This document shows, piece by piece, positions 1 to 11,128 of a stretch of 64,000 bases of DNA. Numbering within the stretch: the stretch's first letter is position 1; each line of letters begins with the position of its first letter. Origin of the DNA: an uncultured Acidobacteriota bacterium (lineage in GTDB: Bacteria; Acidobacteriota; Thermoanaerobaculia; UBA5066); the NCBI GenBank assembly GCA_963779415.1, contig CAVZYA010000003.1, positions 96,001-160,000 of the forward strand. The letters are read 5' to 3'. The translations under genes were made by a program, and so were the position numbers. Below the pieces are notes generated by a model. That model made no database searches, was not told where the DNA came from, and saw only the letters and a list, made by a program, of their open reading frames with translations.

Positions 1-2968
1 CGCCGACGATCGCGATGCCCAGCGGACGGCGAAGCTCGGACCCCGTGCCGCCGCCGATCGCGAGCGGCAGGCCCCCGAGAAGGGCCGCCATCGTCGTCAT
101 CGTGATGGGCCGGAAGCGGAGCATGCACGCCTGGAAGATGGCCTCCTCCGGGCTCTTCCCTTCCCGCCGCTCGGCCTCGATGGCGAAGTCGATCATCAGG
201 ATCCCGTTCTTCTTCACGATCCCGATCAGAAGGAAGACGCCGATGAGCGCGATGACGGAGAGCTCCGTCCGGAAGAAGAGGAGGGCGAGGAGCGCACCGA
301 CCCCGGCGGAGGGGAGCGTCGACAGAATCGTCAGCGGGTGAATCAGGCTCTCGTAGAGGATGCCGAGGACGATGTAGACGGCCAGAAGCGCCGCCGCGAT
401 GAGAATCGGCTCGTTGGCGAGCGAGGCCTGGAAGGCCTGCGCCGTCCCCTGAAAGCTCCCCCGGATGTCGGCCGGCAGGCGGATCTCCGCCCGGGCCCGC
501 TGAATGGCGTCGACGGCCGTGCCGAGGGCGACGCCGACGGGAAGGTTGAACGAGATGGTGACCGACGGGAACTGCCCCTGGTGGTTCACCTGAAGCGGCG
601 CCGTATTGGCCTCGAAGTGCGTGAAGGCGGCCAGCGGAACCATTCCGCCGCCGCTTCCGCGGACGTAGATCTGCTTGAGCCCGTCCGGGTTCTGCCAGAA
701 CTGCGAGTCGACCGCCATCACCACGTGGTACTGGTTGAGCGACGTGTACATGGTCGACACCTGGCGCTGGCCGAAGGCGTCGTAGAGCGTGTCGTCGATC
801 ACCTGCTGCGTGATGCCGAGTCGCGACGCCGTGTTCCGGTCGATGGTCAGCGCGGCCTGGAGCCCCTTGTTCTGCTGGTCGCTGTTGACGTCGGCCAGTT
901 CGCGCAGCGTCCGGAGCTTCTCGTAGACGCGGGGAGCCCACTGGAACAGCTCGTTCGGGTCGTCCCCCTGAAGGGTGTACTGGTACTGCGCGGCGCCGAA
1001 CCGTCCCCCCATCCTCACGTCCTGGATCGCCTGGAGGTAGAGGGTCGCGCCCGGCACGTGCGCGAGCTTTCCGCGCAGGCGGGCGATGACCTGGTCCACC
1101 GTCACGTCCCGCTCGCCCACGGGCTTCAGCCCCGCGAAGACCCGCCCCGTGTTCACCGTCCCTCCCCCGAGGAAGCCGGCGGCGCTCTCGATTGCGGGAT
1201 CCTCCATGAGCGTCTTCACGAACTCGGTCAGCTTGCCCCGCATCGACTGGAAAGAGGCGTCCTGGTCCCCCACGATCGAGCCGTTCATCCGCCCGGTGTC
1301 CTGCTGCGGGAAGAAGCCCTTGGGGATCTTCGCGTAGAGGTAGACGGTGGCCGCCATCGTGCCGAGCGTCACCGCGATCGTCAGGCGCTGATGCCGGAGC
1401 ACCCAGCCGAGCGACCGCTCGTAGCCGCCGAGGATCCTCGTGAACGCCCGCTCGCTGGCCCGGTTGAGCCGCCCTCTTCTCTCCTCCCCGTGCGGGCGCA
1501 GGAGCCTCGCGCACATCATGGGCGTCGCCGTGAGGGAAACGACCATGGAGATGCCGATGGCCACCGAGAGCGTCACCGCGAACTCTCGGAAGAGCCGCCC
1601 GACGAGCCCTCCCATCAGGAGAATCGGAATGAAGACCGCCACGAGCGACAGGCTCATCGAGATGACCGTGAAGCCGATCTCCTTCGCGCCGAGGAGAGCG
1701 GCCTCCATCGGCTTCATCCCTCCCTCGACGTGCCGGGTGATGTTCTCGACGACGACGATGGCGTCGTCCACGACGAACCCCGTCGCGATCGTCAGGGCCA
1801 TCAGCGAGAGGTTGTCGATCGAGTAGCCCAGGAGATACATCACGCCGAAAGTGCCGACGAGCGAGATCGGGACGGCGACGGTCGGGATGAAGGTCGAGCG
1901 GGCACTCCGGAGGAAGACGAAGACGACGAGGACGACGAGGGAAATCGCGATCAGCAGCGTGATCTCCACGTCCCTCACGGACGCCCGGATCGTCCGCGTG
2001 GCGTCGATCATGACCGAGAGCTTGATCGTGGGCGGGATCGCCGCCTGGAGCTGCGGCAGGGCCGCCCGGACTCCGTCCACGGTCTCGATGATGTTCGCGC
2101 CGGGTTGGCGGAAGACGATGATGATGACGGCCGGCTTTCCGTTCGCGAGGCCGGCGTTCAGGACGTTCTCGACCGAGTCCGTGACCCTGGCGACGTCCTC
2201 GAGCGTCACGGCGGCACCGTTCCGGTAACGGACGAGGAGAGGCCGGTACTCCGCGGCCTTGAGAAGCTGGTCCGTCGTGGAGAGGGACCAGGCCCTGTCG
2301 ATGGAGGCGAGTTCGCCCTTCGGGCGATTCGCGTTGGCGGACGCGAGGACCGCGCGGACGTCCTCGAGCGACAGGCCGTTGTTGTTCAGGGCCGTCGGAT
2401 TCACCTCCACCCGGACGGCCGGCAGGGCTCCACCGCCGACGAAGACCTGTCCGACTCCTCCCACCTGGGAGAGCTTCTGCTGGAGGATGGAGGCCGCGAT
2501 GTCGTACATCTTCGGCCGGCCGACGACGTCGGACGTGAGCGCGAGAAGCATGATCGGGGCGTCGGCCGGGTTGACCTTCCGGTACCACGGGTTGTTCGGC
2601 AGGTTGGCCGGAAGCTGCCCCCGGGCCGCGTTGATGGCGGCCTGAACGTCGCGCGCCGCGGCGTCGATGTTCCGGTTCAGGTCGAACTGGAGCGTCACGT
2701 TCGTCGATCCGAGGGAGCTCGAGGAGGTCATCTCGGTCACGCCGGCGATCCTCCCGAACTGGCGCTCCAGCGGCGTGGCCACCGAGGAGGCCATCGTCTC
2801 GGGGCTCGCTCCCGGAAGCCCCGCCGAGACGCTGATCGTCGGGAAGTCCACCTGGGGCAGCGGCGACACGGGGAGGAACCGGTAGCCGATCGCGCCGGCC
2901 AGGGCGATCGCGACCATCAGGAGGGTCGTGGCGATCGGCCGGCGGATGAACGGCGCCGAGAGGTTCAT
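1..2968 (-). CDS. mdtC: RND multidrug efflux permease, MdtC-like (3' end runs off the window)
   Basis: Manual minus-strand translation from ATG 2968: [29 protein letters not shown]..., later GIVKKNGILMIDFAIEA and MLRFRPITMTT motifs; ATGA overlap with upstream mdtB stop; not in the ORF track because it has no stop in the window. Confidence 0.9.
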   Translation of the reverse strand, partial: MNLSAPFIRRPIATTLLMVAIALAGAIGYRFLPVSPLPQVDFPTISVSAGLPGASPETMASSVATPLERQFGRIAGVTEMTSSSSLGSTNVTLQFDLNRNIDAAARDVQAAINAARGQLPANLPNNPWYRKVNPADAPIMLLALTSDVVGRPKMYDIAASILQQKLSQVGGVGQVFVGGGALPAVRVEVNPTALNNNGLSLEDVRAVLASANANRPKGELASIDRAWSLSTTDQLLKAAEYRPLLVRYRNGAAVTLEDVARVTDSVENVLNAGLANGKPAVIIIVFRQPGANIIETVDGVRAALPQLQAAIPPTIKLSVMIDATRTIRASVRDVEITLLIAISLVVLVVFVFLRSARSTFIPTVAVPISLVGTFGVMYLLGYSIDNLSLMALTIATGFVVDDAIVVVENITRHVEGGMKPMEAALLGAKEIGFTVISMSLSLVAVFIPILLMGGLVGRLFREFAVTLSVAIGISMVVSLTATPMMCARLLRPHGEERRGRLNRASERAFTRILGGYERSLGWVLRHQRLTIAVTLGTMAATVYLYAKIPKGFFPQQDTGRMNGSIVGDQDASFQSMRGKLTEFVKTLMEDPAIESAAGFLGGGTVNTGRVFAGLKPVGERDVTVDQVIARLRGKLAHVPGATLYLQAIQDVRMGGRFGAAQYQYTLQGDDPNELFQWAPRVYEKLRTLRELADVNSDQQNKGLQAALTIDRNTASRLGITQQVIDDTLYDAFGQRQVSTMYTSLNQYHVVMAVDSQFWQNPDGLKQIYVRGSGGGMVPLAAFTHFEANTAPLQVNHQGQFPSVTISFNLPVGVALGTAVDAIQRARAEIRLPADIRGSFQGTAQAFQASLANEPILIAAALLAVYIVLGILYESLIHPLTILSTLPSAGVGALLALLFFRTELSVIALIGVFLLIGIVKKNGILMIDFAIEAERREGKSPEEAIFQACMLRFRPITMTTMAALLGGLPLAIGGGTGSELRRPLGIAIVG

Positions 2969-5900
2969 CTTCCCTCGGCTCCGAGGGCCGGCAGGGACGC
3001 GGCCGCCCGCCTGGCTCTCGATCCCATGAAGCGATGGGCGAGCCGGTCGAAGGCGAGATAGATCACCGGCGTCGTGTAGAGCGTCAGGAGCTGGCTGAAG
3101 ATCAGCCCGCCGACGATGGCGATTCCGAGCGGGCGCCGAAGCTCCGAGCCGATCCCCGAGCCGAGGGCGAGCGGGATTCCGGCGAAGAGCGCCGCCATCG
3201 TCGTCATCAGGATCGGGCGAAACCGGAGCAGCGCCGCCTGGAAGATCGCGTCGGCCGGGGCTTTCTTCTCCTTCCGCTCGGCGTCGAGCGCGAAGTCGAT
3301 CATCATGATGGCGTTCTTCTCGACGATCCCGATGAGCAGGATGATCCCGATCAGGGCGATCACGGAGAAGTCGGTGCGGCAGACCATCAGCGACAGCAAA
3401 GCGCCGACGCCCGCCGAGGGAAGCGTCGAGAGGATCGTCACGGGGTGGATGTAGCTCTCGTAGAGGACCCCGAGCAGGATGTAGACCGTGACGATCGCCG
3501 CGAGGATCAGGAACGGGGTGTTCACGAGCGACGCCCGGAACGCCTGCGCCGTCCCCTGGAAGCTCGTCTGGACGCTCGCCGGAAGCCCGACCTCCTGTCC
3601 GGCTTTCTCGATCGCCCGGACGGCATCTCCGAGCGAAGAGCCCGGTGCGAGGTTGAAGGAGACGGTGACGACGGGGAACTGCCCCTGGTGGTTCACCGCG
3701 AGCGGCGCGTTGCCGACCTGGATGTCCGTGAAGGAGCCGAGCGGGACGGCTCCGCCGCCGCTCCCGCGCAGGAAGACGCTCTTCAGGTCGTCCGGCTTCC
3801 GCTGGAAGTTGGGATGGGACTCCAGCACGACGCGGTACTGGTTCAGCTCCGTGAACATCGTCGAGACCTGCCGCTGGCCGAAGGAGTCGTAGAGAGCGTC
3901 GTCGAGCATCTGCGGCGTGATGCCGAGGCGAGACGCCGTCGTCCGGTCCAGAGTCAGGCGCGCCTCGAGGCCGGCCGTCTGCTGGTCGCTCGCGACGTCG
4001 CGAAGGTCGGGGATCTGCTGCAGCCGGGCTGACGAAGCGCGGCGCCCAGACGGCGAGCTCCTTCGTATCCGGATCCTCGAGGCTGTACTGGTACTGCGTG
4101 CGGCTGACCCGGTCCTCGACGGTCAGGTCCTGTACCGGCTGCATGAAGAGGGTGATCCCCTCCTCCTTCGCCAGCTCCGGCTGGAGGCGCCGGATGATCT
4201 CGCTCGCGCTCGCCTTCCGCTCTTCGAGGGGCTTCAGGTTGATCTGGATCCGCCCGCTGTTCATCGTCGTGTTCGTGCCGTCGATCCCGATGAACGAGGA
4301 GAGGCTCTCGACCGCGGGATCCTTCAGGAGGACCCGCGCGAGCGCCTGCTGCCGCTCGGCCATGGCGGGGAACGAGATGGCCTGCGAGGCTTCCGAAATG
4401 CCGAGGATCACCCCGGTGTCCTGGACCGGGAAAAACCCTTTCGGGATCACGACGTAGAGGAGGATCGTCGCGGCGAGGGTCGCGATGGCCACGACGAGCG
4501 TCGCCTGCTGGTGCTTCAGCACCCACCCGAGCGTCCGGCCGTAGAACGCGATGATCCGGTCGAAGGCGCGCTGGGAGACGAGGTAGAAGCGTGTCTGCTC
4601 CGAGGGTGCCTTGTATCGGAGGAGCCGGGCGCACATCATCGGCGTGAGCGTCAGAGAGACCGCGGCGGAGATCAGGATCGTCACCGAAAGAGTGATCGCG
4701 AACTCGCGGAAGAGCCGCCCGACGATGTCGCCCATGAAGAGGAGCGGGATGAGGACGGCGATGAGCGAGACGGTCAGCGAGAGGATCGTGAAGCCGATCT
4801 GCTCGGACCCCTTCAGCGCCGCCTCGAGCGGGGGGACCCCTTCCTCGATGTAGCGGGAGATGTTCTCGATCATCACGATCGCGTCGTCCACGACGAAGCC
4901 CGTCGAGATCGTCAGCGCCATGAGCGTCAGGTTGTTCAGGGAGAAGCCGAGCAGGTACATCGCCCCGAAGGTCCCGACGAGCGAGAGCGGGACGGCCACG
5001 CTCGGGATGACGGTCCCGACGGCCGTCCGGAGGAAGAGGAAGATGACCATGACGACGAGGCCGATCGTGAGCATCAGCTCGAACTCGACGTCCCGGACGG
5101 AAGCGCGAATCGTCGTCGTCCGGTCCGTGAGAATCGAGACCTTCACGGCCGAGGGAAGCGACGCCCGGAGCTGGGGGAGGAGCCTCTTGACGCGGTCGAC
5201 GACAGCGATGATGTTCGCGCCGGGCTGGCGCTGGATGTTCACGATGACGGCCGGGGTCCGGTTCATCCAGGCGGCCTGCTTCACGTTCTCGGCGGAGTCG
5301 ACGACCGCGGCCACGTCGGAGAGATGGACGGGGGCGCCGTTCCGGTAGGCGACGATCAGGGGCTTGTACTGGTCGCTCGAGAGGAGCTGGTCGTTCGCCC
5401 AGATCGAGTAGGACTGGCGCGTGCCGTCGAAAGCCCCCTTGGCCTGGTTGACGTTCGCCTGCGAGAGCGCGGTCCGGATGTCCTCCATCGTGAGGCCGTA
5501 CGACGAAAGCGCCGTCGGGTTCACCTGCACGCGGACGGCGGGCTTCTGGCCTCCGCTGATGCTGACGAGGCCGACGCCGGGGAGCTGCGAGATCTTCTGG
5601 GCGAAGCGGGTGTCGGCGAGGTCCTCCACCTTCGAGAGCGGGAACGTCTCGGAGGTCAGGGCCAAGCGTCAGGATCGGCGCGTCCGCCGGGTTGATCTTG
5701 CTGTAGATGGGCGGGTTGGGCAGGTCCCGGGGAAGGTAGGTCCCCGACGCGTTGATGGCGGCCTGGACCTCCTGCTCCGCCACGTCGATGTTGAGCTCCA
5801 GGACGAACTGGAGGGTGATGACCGAGCTTCCCGACGAGCTCGCCGACGTCATCTGGTTGAGCCCCGGCATCTGGCCGAACTGGCGCTCGAGTGGCGCGGT

Positions 5901-6090
5901 CACCCCGGAGGCCATGACGTCCGGGCTGGCCCCGGGGTAGAACGTCACCACCTGGATCGTCGGATAGTCCACCTGCGGGAGCGCCGAGACGGGGAGCTGC
6001 CGGTAGCCGATCGCCCCGGCGATGAGAAGCCCCGCCATCAGGAGCGACGTGGCGATCGGGCGAAGGATGAACGGGCCGGGACGGGTTCAT
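2965..6090 (-). CDS. mdtB: RND multidrug efflux permease, MdtB-like; about three apparent 1-bp frameshifts (near 6075, 5660, 4025)
   Basis: Fragments in different frames: MNPSRP.., [54 protein letters not shown]; lies between mdtA and mdtC. Confidence 0.85.
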
Positions 6091-7286
6091 CAGCCCGGCT
6101 TTCGGGCGCCTCCCGCGCCCGAAAGGGTGACCTTCGCTCCCGGCTGGAGCTTGTCGACCCCGTCCACCACGATGACGTCGCCGGCCGCGACGGGGCCGCG
6201 GATGGCCGTGTCGTCGCCCTCGGTCAGCTGCACGTCGACGTTCCGCATGTCGACGGTCCCGTCCTTCCGGACGACGTAGACGAACGCGCTCTGCGGGCTT
6301 CGCTGGAGGGCCGCGGTCGGGACGAGGGTGACGCCGCGCAGCGTGTCGACGAGGAGCCGCGCGTTCACGAACTGGTTCGGATAGAGCGCGAAGTCGTCGT
6401 TCGGGAAGAGGGCCTTGATCCGGACCGTCCCGGTGGTCGGATCGATCTGGTTGTCGACGGCCAGAAGCGATCCCAGAGCGAGCCTGTTCTTCAAGTCCCG
6501 ATCCCAGGCCTCCACGGCGAGGCGTCGCCCGGCCCGCGTCTGCTCCAGAACTGCCGGGAGGCGGTCGGCCGGGATGGTGAAGACGACCGAGATCGGCTGA
6601 ACCTGCGTCATGACGACGAGTCCGTTCGCGTCGGCGGCGTGCACCATGTTGCCCGCGTCCACGAGACGAAGGCCCACCCGCCCGGAGATCGGCGCCGTGA
6701 TCCGGCTGTAGATCAGGTTCAGCTTCGCGCTCTCGACCTGCGCTTGATCGCTCTTGATGACGGCCTCGTCCTGGTCGACCGTCGCGACCTGGGTGTCGAG
6801 CTGCTGCTTCGGAATCGAGTCCTGCTCCATGAGCGTCTGGTAGCGCTTCAGGTCGATCCGGGCGTTTTCCAGGGCCGCCTGGTCCTTTGCCAACTGCCCT
6901 TCGGCCTGAAGGAGCTGGACCTGGAATGGGCGGGGATCGATCTCGGCGAGAAGATCGCCTTCGTGGACGATCTGCCCTTCCCGGTAGGCCACGGTGATCA
7001 GTTGGCCGTCCACCCGGCTGCGGACGGTGACCGTGCTCAGGGGCGTCACGGTGCCAAGGCCGGAGACGTAGACGCCCAGGTCCCCCGTCCGCGCCGCGAG
7101 TCCGACGACGGGGATCTCCCGCGCCGCCGCGGACCGGCTCTTCGCCGCCTGGGCGTTGTTGGCACGCGAGAGAATCAGCCAGACGGCCACGGCGGCGACC
7201 CCGGTGGCGGCCAGAAGCCAGCGCCAGAGGTGGCGCCGGGGCCTCCCTTCCGACGCATCCGAAGAGACGGGATTTTCGGAATTCAT
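6090..7286 (-). CDS. mdtA: RND efflux periplasmic adaptor (membrane fusion protein), MdtA-like
   Basis: N-terminal TM; GLGTVTPLSTVTVRSRVDGQL, ITAPISGRVGLRLVDAGN, NQIDPTTGT, LYPNQFVNARL. Confidence 0.9.
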   Translation of the reverse strand: MNSENPVSSDASEGRPRRHLWRWLLAATGVAAVAVWLILSRANNAQAAKSRSAAAREIPVVGLAARTGDLGVYVSGLGTVTPLSTVTVRSRVDGQLITVAYREGQIVHEGDLLAEIDPRPFQVQLLQAEGQLAKDQAALENARIDLKRYQTLMEQDSIPKQQLDTQVATVDQDEAVIKSDQAQVESAKLNLIYSRITAPISGRVGLRLVDAGNMVHAADANGLVVMTQVQPISVVFTIPADRLPAVLEQTRAGRRLAVEAWDRDLKNRLALGSLLAVDNQIDPTTGTVRIKALFPNDDFALYPNQFVNARLLVDTLRGVTLVPTAALQRSPQSAFVYVVRKDGTVDMRNVDVQLTEGDDTAIRGPVAAGDVIVVDGVDKLQPGAKVTLSGAGGARKPG

Positions 7287-7310
7287 GATTTCGAGCTCTC
7301 CGATCCGGAC

Positions 7311-7976
7311 TCAAATGATCCGGCGCTTGAGCGCCTTGCTGACGGCCGCCGACTTCGAGTTGACGTGCAGCTTCTCGTAGACCGAGCGGACGTGGTTTCG
7401 GATCGTGTTGATGCTGATCCCGAGGGCGTCCGCGGCCGTCTGATAGCTCGCCCCCTCGGCAAGGAGCTTCAGAAGACGGATCTCCTGGGGCGTCAAGTCG
7501 TGCTCCGGCTGCTTCGGCGGACCGATGTCGCGAAAGAGCTGGATGACTTTTCGCGCGATCTCGGGAGACATCGGCGAGCCCCCTCCGCGCACTTCGCGGA
7601 TCGCGTCGAGGAGCTTCGCGGGGGGCGTCTTCTTCAGGAGATAGCCGGAGGCGCCGTTGCAGAGCGACTCGAAGATCTGCTCCTCGCCCTCGTAGACGGA
7701 GAGCATCAGGACGGCGACGGAGGGAAACTCCTCCCGGACGGTCCGGACGGCTTCGGAGCCGGAGACCCCGGGAAGGTGGATGTCCATCAGAAGAACGTCC
7801 GGCGCCGTCTGCGGCTCGCCCCGGAGCTTGCGGAGCGCCTCCTCGGCGGACCCCCACGTCTCGGCGCAGAGGAACCCGCGCGTCCCGCCGATCAGGAGGC
7901 GGAGGCTCTCCCGCAGACCCGGATCGTCCTCGACGACCCCGACCCGGATGGCGGCCCCTTCGGGCTTCGCGCTCAT
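7311..7976 (-). CDS. NarL/LuxR-family DNA-binding response regulator
   Basis: REC domain (VVEDD, LLMDIHLPG, GYLLK) plus LuxR HTH (LTPQEIRLLKLLAEG...TIRNHVRSVYEKLHV). Confidence 0.92.
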   Translation of the reverse strand: MSAKPEGAAIRVGVVEDDPGLRESLRLLIGGTRGFLCAETWGSAEEALRKLRGEPQTAPDVLLMDIHLPGVSGSEAVRTVREEFPSVAVLMLSVYEGEEQIFESLCNGASGYLLKKTPPAKLLDAIREVRGGGSPMSPEIARKVIQLFRDIGPPKQPEHDLTPQEIRLLKLLAEGASYQTAADALGISINTIRNHVRSVYEKLHVNSKSAAVSKALKRRII

Positions 7977-8022
7977 GGCCTCCGGACTCTGCCCCCCGCC
8001 GCCCTTTCGCGGCAGAGCATGT

Positions 8023-11000
8023 TCATGTCAGGGGGTGGCTTCCGGAATGAGGAATCGAAACGCCGTCGAGGCGTATCGTCGTCCCCCGCTCCGGCGCGGA
8101 ATGGACCTCCAGCCGGCCGCCGAGCGCCGACGCCCGCTCGGACATGTTCCCGAGCCCCCTTCCTTCCCCCTCCCGGTTCGCGTCCGGCACGGAGAAGCCG
8201 ACCCCGTCGTCGCGAACTTCGACCTTCAAGGGCCCGCCCGGAGAGCGAAAAACGGGCCTCGAGGGTACGGGCCCGGGAATGCCTCGCCGCGTTCGTGATC
8301 GCCTCCTTCAGAAGGAGGAAGAGATGCCGACGCGTCTCGGCCGGAAGCTCCACGGCCGAGGCCCCCTCCGGCAGGGTGAGGCGGAATTCGATTCCCCGCC
8401 CTTCGAGAAGATCCGAGGCGAAGAGGCGGAGCCGGTCGCCGAGGCTCTGGAGGTCGTCGCGCCGGGGGTCGATCGACCAGATCGCGTCGCCGAGGGCGTC
8501 GATCACGGAGCGGGAGGTCTCGCCGATCTGCTCGAAGAGGCGGGCGGAGTCGCTCCCCTCCTCGACCGCCCGGTGTCCGACCTCGGAGAGGATCGAGATC
8601 CGGGCGAGGCTGGAGCCGACGTCGTCGTGAAGGTCGGTCGCGAGGCGGGTCCGGATTCTCTCGACCGCCACGGCGCGCTCGAGTCGCTGCCGGTGGAGGA
8701 CGAAGACGGCGAGGACGACGGCGGCGGCGACCGAGACGAGAAACCAGCCACGTCGCCAGAGCGGCGGAAGGACCTGGAAACGGAACGCGGCCTCCTCTCC
8801 CGCCTCTCCTCCCGGCCCGACGGCGCGCACCGCGAACCCGTAGCGCCCCGGCGCCAGCCCCACGTACCGGATCGTCGGTTCGGGGCTCGGAGGGCTCCAC
8901 GCGGCGTCGGCCCCCTCGAGGAACGTCTGGAACCGCACCCTTCCCCCCTGCGCGAACTGCGGGGCCGCAAAGTCGATCCGGAGTCGCGTCTCGTCCGGCG
9001 CGAGCGAGAGGCCGGGAAGCTCCCGCGCGCCGAGCTCGGGCACCGGGCGCGAATTGCCGTTCACGCGAACGGCCATGACGAGGGCGCGCGGCGGAGACGC
9101 GGGCGGGTCGGGCACCGGGACGAGACGGGAGACCCCTTCGGGCGTCCCGAACCAGAGCGCGCCGTCCCGATCCTCGAGCGCGCAGGTCACGACGTTGTTC
9201 GCGAGCCCGTCGGCCGTCGAGAAGTGGCGGAACCGTCCGCTCTTCGGATCCAGCCGGTCCACGCCGCGCGCCGTCCCGAAATAGAGAAATCCCTGCCGGT
9301 CCGCGGCGACCGCGTAAACGCTGCCGGTGGCCGGCCCCTCGCTCGTCACGAGGCTCGTGGCGAGCGGGTGATCGGCCGCCGGAGCGTCGATCCGGACGAC
9401 CCCCGCGCTTCCGTTCGCCACCCAGAGGCGCCCGCGCCCGTCGAGGAAAAAATTCCGTGCGAGCCCCTCGGGGACCCCTTCCGCGGGCCCGAGTCGGAGG
9501 AAACTCCCGTCGCGCCGCCGGACGATCCCTCCGGAGCCGAAGGCGATCCAGAGATCCGCGCCGCTCTCGAGAAACGCGACCGGGGTCCCCGGCGGGAGGC
9601 CGTCCTTCGGGCCGAACGACTCGAAGCGGCCTTCGGCCCTGTCGAAGCGCGAAAGCGGTTCGGTCGCGTCGTAGAAGCCGATCCAGATGTCGCCGCGGGA
9701 GTCCTCGAAGAGCGCCGCGACGTCTCCCCCGCCGAGCCCGTCCCGCGCCGTGAGGAGGGCTTTCGGCCTGGCGCGCCCGAGATCCTCGAATGGGAGAGGT
9801 CCGTAGCGGGCGAGCCCCGACGGCATGGCGATCCACCAGTCGCCGCGACGGTCGCAAAGGACGGTGCGGCCCCAGAGGAGCCGGCTCGACGCCGGAGCTT
9901 CCGGCCGGAGAGGCACGGCATGGAATCGCGCCCCGTCGAAGCGGTAGAGGTTCGCGTTTCCGGCAGACGTCGCGACCGGATGGCCGCCCGGATCGAGAAA
10001 GAGTGACGTGATCCGCGGGTTCGAGAGGCCGTCGGCGTCGCCGAAACGCGTGAAGCCCGCGGACGAGAGGCGAAGGAGCCCGGTGCTCTGCGTTCCGACC
10101 CAGACGTTTCCCGCGTCATCCTCGAGCAGCTCGCCGAGGATTCCGTCGCCGAGGCCGTTCCTCCGGGTGAACGTGGTCCGCCGTCCGCCGCCGAGAACGA
10201 TGAGGCCGGCCGTGGAGGAGACGAGGATCCGGCCGTCCTTCGTTTCGAGGAGGCGCTGGAAGAGGCCGCGCGGCTCCGACAGGGACGCGCTGAGGATGGC
10301 AGCCTCGCCGGGCCCCGGGAGTCGAAGTATGCCGTCCGATCCGAGGAGGGGGCGCGCCGGAGGCATCGCGCCGCCCGGTTCCGGGGTGAAGACGGCAACG
10401 AACTCCGGCGTCGCCGCCCAGAGGCGGCCCGACCGGTCGAGCAGCAGTCCGCGGACATCCCCGGGACCTCCGCCGGAGCCGAGCGTCACCCGCTCGACCG
10501 GGAGGCCGCGGCGAATCCGGAAGAGACCCCGGGAAGTTCCGACCCAGAGGACGCCGTCTTCGGCATCCACGGCCACGCGGACGATCCCGACCCCGGGGGG
10601 AAGCCCGGCCGCGAGCGCCTCTTTCCCCGAGATCCGATAGAGCTCACCGCCGCTTCCGAACCAGACCTCTCCGTTTCGGTCGACGAAGACGAACTCCACG
10701 GACCGACCTCCGGCCTTCGCCGGGTCCGCGGGAAGGAAGACCGGACGCTCCGACGTGTGCGACGGGTCGAGGCGGACGAGTCCGCCGCCCGTCGCGACCC
10801 ACACGGTCCCGTCCCGCCCTTCCGCGAGCGCCCAGACGCGAAGTTTAGGAAGGCCGTCCTCGAGGCCGTAGACCTTGAACCGCTCGCCGTCGAAGCGGGA
10901 GAGCCCGTTCAGCGAGCCGGCCCAGAGGTAGCCGCGCGAGTCGCGGAGGAGCGCCGTGACGGTCTCCTCCGCGAGCCCCTCGGCCACGCCGTGGCGCTGC

Positions 11001-11089
11001 ACCGGCAGCTGCTCCGCACGCACGACCATGGGAATGAGGAGACCCAGGATGGCGGGAATGCCGAGCCGCCGGGCGATCGCGGGCCACAT
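8023..11089 (-). CDS. Sensor histidine kinase with periplasmic beta-propeller repeats, Y_Y_Y domain, TM and HisKA_3/HATPase; frameshift near 8230
   Basis: Signal peptide; repeated DSRGYLWAGS/DGLPK-type propeller motifs; RLATDLHDDVGSSL H-box; KEAITNAARHS; the G-box segment (VEVRDDGVGF...GRGLGNMSERA) is in ORF 8023..8229 in another frame. Confidence 0.88.
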
Positions 11090-11128
11090 GGAGCGATGTT
11101 ACGGGAGGACGATGTCGGAAAATGCCCC